Source: Pocillopora damicornis
Lineage: Eukaryota
Length of the DNA: 64,000 nucleotides
Direction of reading: 5' to 3'
NCBI RefSeq assembly: GCF_003704095.1
Contig: NW_020847478.1
Span: forward strand, 124,001-188,000
Shown here: positions 25,201-37,443 of the stretch, piece after piece
Position numbering within the stretch: position 1 is the first letter of the stretch
How the letters are laid out: the number at the start of each line of letters is the position of its first letter
The notes under the pieces: model-generated
The model's database searches: none
The model's input: the letters and a program-made list of their open reading frames with translations, nothing else
What the model was told of the DNA's origin: nothing
Position numbers and translations under genes: made by a program

Positions 25201-25789
25201 ATAGTCAATGCTGAAACCTGGATAAAAACTCTCGTGACCGGCGCTCACGAACAACGAACTCTATGTTTCACGCCCAGACAAACAACTTCTCCCTTGTCGC
25301 TGTCATGAAATATTTTCATTACTCCGGTGGCACGTGAGGCACGGGAAATCATGAAATTTCCACAACTTTGCTCTTATAAAAACTCAGTGTTTCCCAAACT
25401 TAAACCGTTGCACAATTTCTGAACACAGATGGTTTTAATGTTTTTCATTCACTTTCATCTTTGTTGGCAGAGCGAAACTTATTTTAGGGCTTAGACTTCC
25501 TACAAAGTAAATGATTTTCTTAATGACCTTACACCTCGATTGATATGTTCTGTCAATGAGTTTTGCTGCCAGAGGTTAGACGTAATTTCTTTTCTCCTTT
25601 CAAACAATGTCTCAATGGGGTTAACCGTTCACCGAAAAACGGCCAAAAACTCAGCCGTCAGGCGTAAAACCTGACAATCTTTTATCGTCAATCTTAAAAA
25701 AAAAAAAGATGACTGTAAAAACACACTTTCTTTGACAACTATAGTAAGAGATTAATCGTTAGCCGCAGAATGTAAGTCTCTTAGGAAGC

Positions 25790-26658
25790 TTCTGTCTCTG
25801 ATCTACACCCTTCGGTTGTTGCATGATGTGTTGCAAAATGGTGTCATCATCATCAGCGTGAGCGCTGTTTATCGCAACTTGGCTTACGCCGTGATTGTAC
25901 CCGAACCTGGATACGCCATGGAGATCCAATCTCCGGTGCCGTGGCCAAAAGACGGCGCAGTCAGCTTTGAAAGCAACTCCTTGAGCTACAGTAGAGAAGG
26001 GTCCATGGGAATTAGTAGAAATCTCCTTTGCTGCGTACCCTGGGGAGAGGTTTGGCATCGCAGGACGGCCAGGAGCTGGAAAGTCGTCTATTATAAATGC
26101 ACCGTTTTAATTGGCTAAGATAATGATTGACGAATACTCACAACCTCACAAAAGGAGTAGGCCTTGCTTTTCAATTATCACCGAGGAGCCAATCTTCTCT
26201 ATGGGTGCACTGTGCATGAACGTGGATCCATTCCTTAGCCATACCGAGAGGGAGATCTGGAAAGTCCTTGAGAAATGTCAATTGAAGTCCTAGGTCGAGA
26301 GCCTTCCCAACAATTGTACCAGGACCTCGCGGACTGCAGAGCTACCCTGGGTCCAAGTGAGCGCCAGCTCATCTCCTTTGCACGTGCGCTTCTTCAGAAA
26401 AACAAATTCATTGTAATAGACAAGGCGTCGTCCACCGTAGAGTACAGAACGGATCGCCTCATTCAGGAAGTTGTTCGAAACTGTCTCCTTGACAGCACTG
26501 TCATTACCATTCCTCATCGTCTGAGCACGATTATTGATTACGATTGTGTGATGATGCTTGACTGCGGAAAAATCATGGAGCTGGACAAACCGAAAGTGTT
26601 ATTGAAGAAGGATGCAGACTACTTCGCGCATTTGTATGGAAATCAATGCCCATCGTAA
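25790..26658 (+). pseudogene. Pseudogenised inverted duplicate of the last (NBD2) exon of the ABCC4-like gene
   Basis: Three ORF pieces (25816-26118, 26111-26293, 26275-26658) align in different frames to the 37339-38205 protein. It has frameshifts, small deletions and Walker B IDE>IDK, and lacks the splice acceptor. Confidence 0.9.
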
Positions 26659-27385
26659 TCTCTTGTACGCAGACCTCCCGCGTCTGCCCACACAATTTGG
26701 ACCTTGATACGAAATTTAACGAATTTATCTCATTCTACAAGAGAATGTATATATATATAGTTATAGAAGATAGCTAAGGGAAAACATGGTGGGTGCGAAG
26801 ATTTCAATCTTCTTTGATAGCCTAATTTACTTAAATAGGAACAAATTCTGTTTTTGACAATTAAGATTACTCGCGTAGTCAGACACTATAATAACCATGA
26901 TCTTTGAAGGTTGATTTTAGGCTAAAATGCCACTAGTTAAAAAATTATAACGTCAAAGGTACCTTGTTATTTTCTTCAATAACAAATCGATTCAAATATT
27001 GAACTTCATTCGATCTACACCAATACATTAAAATGCCAGTTTTGGTTACTATGGTAAAATAGGTTAAATATGAAATGGAGAGTAGAGTTTCGTAATTTCG
27101 TTATATGATAATAAGATCATGATCAAGCTAAGAACTGAATAAACTGTTGTCACAAGTGATTTTCCTCGTTAAACGTCCGTATTATTGGTTTCAATACAAG
27201 ATTCGACCTGTAGTTTTTAACGTCTTTTTTTTCGAAATAAGTGTCATTTCTGCTTCCTGCCCTTACGGCCCGTCATTTCATTGGTCGCAATGTTGTATTG
27301 TTATCTGCGACATGCACTGCAATCGCGCCTTACGTTTTGTGTACATGTTGTTATTTCCGCTGTGCTCCCGTTGCGGTGCTCGCTA

Positions 27386-27597
27386 TGAACCCTTTAACTC
27401 GCAGAAGTGATTAACATGTAACTTCTCCCTGTGATATCTATACATTATTCAGCAAAAATGTTACGAGAATACTCAAACATGTTAAGTAGAAGTTGTTATT
27501 TTGATCTAACTCCAAATTCTCTTAAATAATTTACAAGGAAATGTGTAACAGCTGGAGGGGAGAATTAACAATCAAATCTTGGGTGTTAAAGGGTTAT
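27386..27597. mobile_element. About 210-bp MITE with piggyBac-like ends (second copy at about 47635-47843)
   Basis: Termini tgaa-ccctttaac ... gttaaaggg-ttat; the internal sequence matches the copy in FAM114 intron 2. Confidence 0.7.
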
Positions 27598-28468
27598 TAG
27601 ATTGTGTTGGATGCCAAGAACCGATTATAACCTGATTTTTGAGAAGTCAAAGCCATCTGCGCAGGTCCTCTACTACACCACCATCTAAGTAAGTATTCAG
27701 CGCCGCTCGCCGACATGACGATAGCAAGAGAATGAATTGGAAAGATATTGGTGACAGTCCATATAGGCAACATACTTTATTGAACGGAAGCATTTTGCAA
27801 TGAGATAAAACTCTTTTTCATATCTATTTGATAGCTCAACCTTAATTCTAAACAATTACATTAAAGCAATGAAACTAAATGACAGCTGAACACATATTTT
27901 AAGATAATAAAAAGCAGAAGAAATCAATATGTTAGGTTGATGTTTCGTTAAGGTGGCATGGAAGGATTTTTAATCAGGAAAAATAATTGAAAGGAAATCT
28001 TCTTAAAATTAGCAATTAATTATCTTAAGAAGTATTCTCCTTTTATGATGAAATTTACTGAAAAACCAACCCTTGGAAAAAAAGCCTGAATTATGAGTAG
28101 ATTCTTAAAGTGCTTTCATCACAGCATATGAGCATAACCAGTCTTAAAACTAAACGATGAACAGGAAACAATAGGATCGCGCCGAAGGTGACAAAATTAA
28201 GTTATAGGACTATAATCATAGATAATAAGTCTCTTCTAAAGTTTTCAGAAATTTTCCCAAAGCCGATTACGGATCCGCTTGTCTGTATTAAATCTAATTA
28301 GAAGTAGTAAAAGTAGCTCTTCGAGATAATTATATTAGGTTTGCGATAACCCTAAACGTGCTTTCACCATAGCATAATAACCGCTCTTGTAACTAAACAA
28401 TGAAAAGGAAACACTAAATTTCCTTTTTTCATCGAAAATTACCGCTGGAGGTGACGACAATAATTCAT

Positions 28469-28735
28469 TAGGGACTGGTCCTTATTTAGCGGCCATGGAG
28501 GTGGAGGAATTTAGTTGACTCACGATAAGTTCACCTGATCTGCCCCTGAGGCTCTGTGATATTCTCGTGATCCCCTATCCTCATTGGCAGTTGATTAGCA
28601 GTCAATTTTCTGTAGTCCGCTATTTGTACTCTGTTGGCGACGACTGAGCTCCCCCCCTCCCTTCCCCCTTGAAAACCACGTGATCCTCCCAAAATTCTCC
28701 ACCCCACCCCAGGCGAAAAATAACAACTGATCCCT
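28469..28735. mobile_element. MITE-like element immediately downstream of the TNFR-like stop codon (also at 31000-31187)
   Basis: Inverted ends agggactggtc ... aactgatccct; repeated at the window start. Confidence 0.55.
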
Positions 28736-28751
28736 TGAGAAAAGGGAGTGA

Positions 28752-29110
28752 TTATACTTTTGTTTCAGCCGGAAGTTGCGTTTCCGGCTTTGCTACTGTG
28801 AGATTCTCACTTTCTTGCACTGGATGCGGCAGTTGATCAGACTTTTCGTCCTTGACTGGCCTTATACTCCCCTGTACATCAAGCCTTTCCACATCATTAT
28901 CGCCAGTCTTTTTACATGCTTGCCTTGTACGTCTTTTTTTCACGATAAGGATAAGCGCCACCAGCACCAAGATCACTAAAGGAACTCCAATTGCAACGCC
29001 AATCATCTTACCATATAGTGGAGAAGCATCGTCCGTGGAAGCTGAATCCTTTTTAGAGTGCTCTGTGACTGGAGTGGACGCTTGCACTTTTGTTAAGGTT
29101 GCCAATGATG
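28752..29110 (-). CDS. TNF-receptor-like protein, subfamily A, C-terminal part (stalk, TM, tail)
   Basis: TM segment MIGVAIGVPLVILVLVALILIV followed by KKRR; tail nearly identical to 31202-31411 and ending PVQES...AETKV*. Confidence 0.8.
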
Positions 29111-30166
29111 NNNNNNNNNNNNNNNNNNNNNNNNNNNNNNNNNNNNNNNNNNNNNNNNNNNNNNNNNNNNNNNNNNNNNNNNNNNNNNNNNNNNNNNNNN
29201 NNNNNNNNNNAATCGCCATCACTGCAGCGGGCACACCTGGCGATTTGACCTGTTGCCGCGATCTGCGCATAAAACCGCTTTGTCGCTTAGTGTGTCACCA
29301 GCTTAAATTAAGCTCTGATGGGTGAAACTGCGTGACAGAAAGGTTTTCGTTTCTTTGTGTGGTTTGTTTCTGTTTTCCTTACTCTTAGTGGATTGCAGGA
29401 GTTTAGGAGTGCACGCCAAATTTCTCCGTCAGCTTCGAGTTCATCAGAACATAAAGTAATTATATTTTTCATCTTTAAATGCTCACCCTTGTTACTTCGA
29501 GGCAATTATATTATTCAATACCAAGCGAAAGCTACAACTAAATCCCAGCATAGTGATAAAAGAAAGAGCATTCTTCGTTTGATTACAATGTACAGCAGTA
29601 ATTCAAAGCGCGTAGCTCATTTCAATCTGGCCAATCAGCTTTTGCAACTGACAACGACTTAGACGCTTACACACCTTAGCCAGACCAAAATGTGAAATTA
29701 GCACCCACTCTCCATTAGGTACCCCCTCCCCTCCTAATGTCTTTTCTGGTTAAAATGGGCAAAAGGAAAACCTTCTCGTTTCATTATTTGTGGGCTCCAG
29801 CCATGATCAACGCCTTCTAATTAAGCACCTTTTCTTTTAATGAGGATACTACCTATAAGCCGAACACCTTGATTATTTAAATAATTATATTCGAGGAAAT
29901 AGGGGTCTTACCAGCAGATAATACAGATGAATCGATATCATGTCATATCCTTCTGCACGCGGACATCCTACCAATTATTAAATTGTAATGCCGCGTTGTT
30001 GCTCAGTGTTTCAGATCTTCAGCCACGTTTGTTCTTCTGACCAACCCATCGGTTGCCAATAAAACAGCTGCTTTTGAGCTCACTTGACTCAAAATGACTT
30101 TCTTTTTCAGCACGACCTTAAACCCTGAATTGAACAGCTCAAGAAGGTTTAGCTTTGAAATTTACG

Positions 30167-30249
30167 ATGTCCTCTTCTGGTCGACTTTTCGGCCAACCAT
30201 ACATTACCATGATGTCTGTTTTCTGGATGTCTATCTCCGCCTCGCCATG
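30167..30249 (+). CDS. N-terminus (signal peptide) of a TNFR-like subfamily A copy, running into a gap
   Basis: MSSSGRLFGQPYITMMSVFWMSISASP aligns to MCSSNRLFGIPYMTVVSVFWMSVSASS at 32237; the flanking upstream DNA is also homologous. Confidence 0.75.
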
Positions 30250-30349
30250 NNNNNNNNNNNNNNNNNNNNNNNNNNNNNNNNNNNNNNNNNNNNNNNNNNN
30301 NNNNNNNNNNNNNNNNNNNNNNNNNNNNNNNNNNNNNNNNNNNNNNNNN

Positions 30350-31411
30350 TTCATATCTATTTGATAGCTCAACCTTAATTCTAAACAATTACATTAAAGC
30401 AATAAAACTAAATGACAGCTGAACACATGTTCCAAGATGATAAAAACCAGAAGAAATCAATATGTTAAGCTGATGTTTCGAAAAGGTATCATGAAAGGGT
30501 TTCCCCCAAGAAACACACTTAAAAGGAAGTCTGCCAAAAATTAGCAATTAACTATTCTAAGAAGTATTTCCTTGTATGATGAAATTTACTCAAAGCCAAA
30601 CCCTTCGGAAAAACAACCTGAGTTATGCGTTAATTCTTAAAGTGCTTTCATCAGATCATATATAATAACCACTCTTAAAACTAAACGATGAACAGGAAAC
30701 AATAGGATCCCGCCGAAGGTGACTAAATTAATTTATGGAACTATAATCATAGATAATAAGTCTATTCTAAAATTTTCAGAAATTTCCTCAAAGCCGATTA
30801 CGGATCCGCTTGTCTGTATTAAATCTAATTAGAAGATGTAAAAGTAGCTCCTCGAGATGATTATATTAGTTTTGCGATAACCCTAAACGTGCTATCACCA
30901 TATAGCATAATAACCACTCTTGTAACTAAACAATGAAAAGGAAACAGTAAATTCCCTTTTTCATCGAAAATTACCGCTGAAGGTGACGACAATGATTCAT
31001 TAGGGACTGGTCTTTATTTATCGGCCATGGGGGTGGAGGAGTTTGGCAGTTCATCGGTAGTCAATTTTCTGTAGTCCGCCCTTTGTACTCTGTTGGCGAC
31101 GACTGACCCCCCCCTTCTCCCTGAAAATCACGTGATCCTCCAAAATCCTTCGCCCCACCCCAGGCGAAAAATACTAACTGATCCCTTGAAAAAAGGAATG
31201 ATTATACTTTTGTTTCAGCCGGAAGTTGTGTTTCCGGCTTCGCTACTGTGAGATACTCACTTTCTTGCACTGGAAGTGGCAGTTGATTAGACTTTTCGTC
31301 CTTGGCTGGCCTTATACTCCCCTGTACATCAAGCCTTTCCACATCATTATTGCCAGGCTTTTTACATGCTTGCCTTGTACGTCTTTTTTTCACGATAAGG
31401 ATAAGCGCCAC
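30350..31411. repeat. Direct duplication of about 27818-28960 (TNFR 3' end plus downstream DNA)
   Basis: Colinear, roughly 90% similar by eye, starting at ttcatatctatttgatagctcaacc. Confidence 0.85.
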
Positions 31412-32237
31412 NNNNNNNNNNNNNNNNNNNNNNNNNNNNNNNNNNNNNNNNNNNNNNNNNNNNNNNNNNNNNNNNNNNNNNNNNNNNNNNNNNNNNNNNN
31501 NNNNNNNNNNNNNNNNNNNNNNNNNNNNNNNNNNNNNNNNNNNNNNNNNNNNNNNNNNNNNNNNNNNNNNNNNNNNNNNNNNNNNNNNNNNNNNNNNNNN
31601 NNNNNNNNNNNNNNNNNNNNNNNNNNNNNNNNNNNNNNNNNNNNNNNNNNNNNNNNNNNNNNNNNNNNNNNNNNNNNNNNNNNNNNNNNNNNNNNNNNNN
31701 NNNNNNNNNNNNNNNNNNNNNNNNNNNNNNNNNNNNNNNNNNNNNNNNNNNNNNNNNNNNNNNNNNNNNNNNNNNNNNNNNNNNNNNNNNNNNNNNNNNN
31801 NNNNNNNNNNNNNNNNNNNNNNNNNNNNNNNNNNNNNNNNNNNNNNNNNNNNNNNNNNNNNNNNNNNNNNNNNNNNNNNNNNNNNNNNNNNNNNNNNNNN
31901 NNNNNNNNNNNNNNNNNNNNNNNNNNNNNGTCTCTCGATATTCTCCACAATTCATACAACTCTTGCACGCCCCGGCTTCGCTCTTAGATGAATAAGTTCT
32001 GCCTAGCTCACATGGCTTACAAACGATGGGTGTCTGTGGCGATATTATATCACCACAGTCCACAGAGAGACCTTGTCTCGCCGGACACACCAAGCAGTCC
32101 TGGCACTGAACTTGCCCCGTTACTGAATCCCAGATGGTTATACTGTTACCTGGACATGATGAGGCGGAGACAGACATCCAGAAGACAGACACCACGGTCA
32201 TGTATGGTATGCCGAAAAGTCGATTAGAAGAGCACAT
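31202..32237 (-). CDS. TNF-receptor superfamily-like protein, subfamily A (apparently a single coding exon; middle part in gap 31412-31929)
   Basis: Signal peptide, then CPGNS...CQDCLVCPARQGLSVDCG....PIVCKPCELGRTYS...CKSCMNCGEYRE, colinear with the 20067 protein. After the gap come the end of the TM segment and a tail ending ETKV*. Confidence 0.85.
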
Positions 32238-35200
32238 CAGAAATCTCAAAGCTAAAACTTTTAGAGCTGTTCAATTCAGGGCTTGGGGTCATGCTGAAAA
32301 AGAAAGTCATTTTGGGTCAAGTGAGCTCAAAAGCAGCTGCTTTATTGGCAACAGACCTGGTTATCCTGGAAACGAGTTCTGAAATCATTCCAAACAGCAT
32401 TATCTCGTTTACAAGTGCGCAACTAATGCAAATCCCAGGCGTTTTGATTGCGACGGGGAAACCAACGAAATGATGAGGAGGACGGAAACGCGAACACTAG
32501 AAGTCGAAGAAGAGTCGTGTCCAGACTCTCCGCGCGCTCTTCCGTTCTCAAATGACGCTCCCGTTCTCTTGCTAAATCTCTTGTATGGATGGACGACGGC
32601 TCCCTTCCTTAGAAAGAGAGGAAGCTCCCAGAGGCATTTCATCGTTTGAGCAGAGTCGGATAGAGAGCACACAGTTTGCGATTCCTTTTGTCTTCAGAAA
32701 AGGTAACAAAAAGCTCAGAATCTATAATGATTATGGCCTTCTAAGATCTAACACGCTTCACGACAACGTGAAGGCAATAAGCTGGGATCAAAGCTGATTC
32801 GACATTCCTTAAATGATCATAACCGCAAGGGAACCACTATACAGCGCTTCCAACCATACAGGTTGTATGTGTTTAGAGGCAAATGTATGAAGCAGTTGAA
32901 CCTAAATGTTTTAAGTCTATCTGGGTAAAGTCATTCAACACGAATGGACCAGAGGAAAGTGAGATTTCGGTATCGTCTTAAAATCGTTTCACATCTAAGC
33001 CTCTATGTCAGCTAAGGTATAAAGCAATTTTATATTCCGTTTACAGCTGTAGATTTTGGGTTTCCCAAATGCGGTAATGACACGCGACACGCGGGTTATC
33101 GGGAAGATTTTTTTAAGGTCAGTCGCAAACAAATAAAGTTTTCTGATTTTGGTTGTTGCGCACTTGCGTTACAAATCGTCAAAAACTGACAAATGGTGTC
33201 AATCATCACTGTGACATTTTTTACCTTCAGTGGTTCCGGAAGTTGAAACCGTACATTGCGCAATTGACGTGAGTCGGTTAGAGGCATTCAGGCTCCTTTT
33301 ATTTTTTCCATCTGTTTGTGCATACAGCAATTAGATAAGAACAAGATTTGTTTTAAAAAGTTTTTAAGGCCTAAACCATTCTGAGAAGGAAAGATAAATA
33401 ATTGAAAATTGGAGGGCATTTGTGACCCTTATAAAAAATATCTTGCATACCGTGACCGTGGAGAACATCTTTAAAATTTACCTACACTACTAAAATTGCG
33501 GCGAACACAATTCGAACTGGATAAAATGTGAGACTTGTGAGGAAAGCCAGTAAATTTAGACAAGGCCAGGAACAGAACATCTCACCAAGACAGTGAGCAT
33601 TTCGATTGAAAAAAGGAAAACAAAATACAAATAAGTCATATTTCCGGCTCATGTAGCAAAGTCACGAAATTACACCAGCTGGCTTACAGGCCCGCCGTAA
33701 ACAGAAAAGTTCGAGTCATGATTCTGAATAACAACCAGCCTAGTGGCGACATGAAATTCTGAATTAACTCAGTCACAGTTTCTCGGGGAAAGGTTGAAAT
33801 TAATCTTGAATATCAGGAATATACTATAAAACAGCGAACGCAACAGTGAAAGTGATTGATTCGCGTGACCACTATGGTTAAATGTCTCTTCTCATTTTCA
33901 GCTGATTCAATGAAACTTTGAGTTTCCGTTTCTTGTACAGTCACTCTATTCTTTTTTGTTATTCTACCTTTGGACGGAATTCGAACGCGTTCGAAAAGGA
34001 AATTGCAAAATAATCTTCAAGTTCTTTAAGCCTCAAAATCAATAAAGTTGAAACCGCAAGAATAAGAATGTTTTGCACATTCAGTGTTTCAGCAGTAAAT
34101 GTACTTCATCGTCCATATCCCTCACTTGCGCAATCCAAGCACTTTGTCAGAAGATTCTTGTTGCTTGTTTCTTGATTCCTTCTCAACAATGGATGATTTA
34201 CCAATAATCGGATCCTTGCTTTTGCGCACAGATTTTTGGGATCGCCACGTGGCAAACAATACAACTCGCTAAAAAGGGATGTATCATGAAAGGTTTTTTC
34301 GACTTCCAAAAAAGCGATTTTGATATGTTTGTGGAGTTTTTTGTTGTTTTCTTCTAATGTTCGATTCGGTCGATCGAGACGTTAGCAAGAATAAAAAGCT
34401 AAGGGGTTGTCCTATCTGTCACTATGTGGGCACCCAGATCGCCAACAGGGAATTGCGATAAATTCAGGTCGCGAGTTGCGAAACAAATCGCATAAGTCCT
34501 TTACCCTATATGGAAAGATTTTCTCAAACTTTCAACTACTCAAACACTAAAGTCGCGAAGCGCCGGATGCATTGAAAAGGATGTCATAAGCAATATATGC
34601 GCTTAGTCAGCAAAAACCAACGGCAAGTGATTGAATCATTTAATGTTTGTAAGCTACACATGAATTTTCCTCCTTCATCAAAGTTAATACAAAAGGTGAT
34701 GCTATTATCATCAAATCACCTGCAAAATATTCTCCGGTCCATTAACAAAATTGTTTCAGCAATGTCTCAGACGTCTTAGGACAGTAATGTATAAAGAGTC
34801 TTTATTTTTACAAAACGCAAAAGATAGTCAGCGCTAAAAAAAGAGGTAAAATATCTCGTGATACATGTCGCAATCTTGCGACACAAAAGAATAGACTGGC
34901 ATGCCCAGACAAATAACGTCCCTCTTGCCGCTGTCAAAGCGAGGATGTTGAACTCCCTGCGCAAAGTGGTCCAGTGGCACGCAACACACGGAATATAAGT
35001 CTTTTAGGAAGCTCTTATTTACGGTATAAAAAGAGCACAGTTTTCAGGTCTTGATTGAATCACTTGATCATTCTTAACGCAACCACTATTCCAAGCATCG
35101 AAACCCAAATACGGAAATACCAATCATGCCAATTCCATTACTATGCTCTTATTAAACCTCGGTGTTTCCCATACCATACTGAAACTGTTGCACAATATTT

Positions 35201-35704
35201 GAGATTGAAAGCTTTTAATGCTGTTCGTTTGCTTTCATCTTCTTTGGCACAAAAAAACCGAACAATTAAAAAAAATACTAAAATTATTTTAAGGCTTAGA
35301 CTTCCTAAGAAGTAAGAGATTTTCGCAAGGACATAAAACCTTGACTTACAACTTCAGGAAGTCTCGCTGATGGAAGTTAGACGTAATTTTTTTTCTTGCT
35401 TAAAAAACCGGGGAAGGGAAAATGGAAAGAATCAGCCTACCTCTGTGTGAAGTCTAAAATCGTCGCGCTAACACAGCAAATGGACTGTTAAAAGAACGCC
35501 TTTCTGATCACGAACACGCATAGCGCAAAGAAATTGTGCCCTTTTGTCTGATGGTCTTTACCATAAAATAAGAGATTATACACTGTATACAGTTGAATCT
35601 GTATTAAGCAGTTACTCACGAGGAATGCTGGGAAAAAAGTGATCTTTGGACCCAGGACATAAAACAGGAAATAAACAAAACTAATCAAAAGGGTTACCCC
35701 CGAA

Positions 35705-36835
35705 GGATCGCCACCTTGTCGTGGTCGGCGGGCTTGAGTGCCTCAGAGACCCTTAGAGCCATGCCGGCGGGAGCTTTGTCTCATGGTAGGGCCACCTAAG
35801 CCCTACAGGTCGAAGGGTAGAGGTTCGACGAAGCGCGATCCACCGGTCCTCCAGGTTAGGGGTTTGGGCACAGAGCAAACAGCCCTGTCCCGTAAAACAC
35901 CCACGTTACGGAAACGGCAACGAAGAAAATCATCACTACTGGGCGAGACGGGCTTTCAGAGTCATCGAAAGATATTCGTATGAATGACATTGATGAAAGC
36001 CGAAAGGAAACCGCTGACAGGAAGATGGAAGTCTTGAGCGCCAAATGCAAGACCGGAATTGGATTCTGGAATGGAGACGGAAACGAGACAGGAAAGCTGG
36101 CTCAAGCCACAGCTGAGATGGGACGTTACAACCTACACGTCTCTGGAATTAGTGAGAGCAGATGGACAGGTTCAGGCAGACACAAAATCAACACAGGAGA
36201 GACAGTGCTATATTCCGGAAGAGAAGACGATCAGCACCATGAGGGAGAAGCCATCATCCTCAAGAAAGGTCTCGAGAAGTGCCTGATGGAGTGGAAGCCA
36301 ATCGACAGCAGGCTCTTAAAAGTAAGATTGAAAGGGAGACACATCAACACAACTATCATCCAGTGTTACGCACCAACAAACGACTGTGAGGAAGATGATC
36401 TTGCCTTGGTCTCCCATACTCAACAACACATGCAGGAAAAGACGACCCGACTCAGCACTTGCGCACAGCAAGTTGGCCTGACGATCAGCCAAAAGAAGAC
36501 AGAAGTGATACTGCTGAGCGTGTCCAAACCTAGACCAGTTTAAGTGAACAGAGAAGACCTGCCAACGACTGAAGAGCTCACTTACCTGGGCAGCACAATA
36601 AGGCATGATGAAGGAGCTGGGAGTGACATCAAGAACCGTCTCAACAAGGCCAGAAACGCCTTCAGAAGCTCAACAACGTGTGGAGGTCCTCTCAGTTTAG
36701 CACTAAGACCAAGCTGAAGATCTACCAAAGCTGTGTGATATCCACCCTACTATACGGCTCTGAATGTTGGAGGATGACAGAGTGCGACATCACCAAGCTG
36801 TCAGACTTCCACACTAAGAACCTCAGGAGAATCCA
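35705..36835 (+). mobile_element. Defective RTE-clade (BovB-like) non-LTR retrotransposon: 5'UTR, APE endonuclease N-part fused to RT C-part
   Basis: APE motifs IGFWN, GISESRWTGSG, LYSG and IIQCYAPTN. RT/post-RT motifs DDLAL, GLTISQKKTEV, TYLGS and KLKIYQSCVISTLLYGSECW. 5'UTR ccttgtcgtgg..gggcttg..gagccatgcc..agggccacc resembles RTE/BovB leaders as I recall them. Contains a stop codon and a frameshift. Confidence 0.85.
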
Positions 36836-37443
36836 TACAAATGGTGTAGCGTTTCGTGGAATAGCTTGCCATCATCAGACGCTCTAGCTGAATATTAAAT
36901 TGCTTAGGATTACGTGAAATATTTCGATGTTGTGACGAATCGTGCTTGTGGCGTGACGCGAAGGCTATCTCGCGGAAACCACCAAAAATACAAATACGGT
37001 ACATTGGTGTACTGGTATGTATCCGCGCTAAACCAACTTGGAAAAACTATTTCTTTTGCAAACACTACTTTTGGAACGCGGAAAAAAACCGTAAGTTAAT
37101 TTACTAAGTTAACCTAACTGAATTTACAAAGTCTACATGCTAATGTTAATACCATACCTGCCTACCTTACACTTCTACAGGAGATAGACAACTCCTTGGA
37201 AATGCAAAGGAGGAGGTAACAGCAATATATTTGTGTTTTCCAGTATCACAGCTGTACAATCCTCCAATTCCATCGCACAAGTTTCCAACCCATCTTAATT
37301 TTTAGTTAAAGAAGTTATGATTTTGTTTTATAGATCATTTATTNNNNNNNNNNNNNNNNNNNNNNNNNNNNNNNNNNNNNNNNNNNNNNNNNNNNNNNNN
37401 NNNNNNNNNNNNNNNNNNNNNNNNNNNNNNNNNNNNNNNNNNN

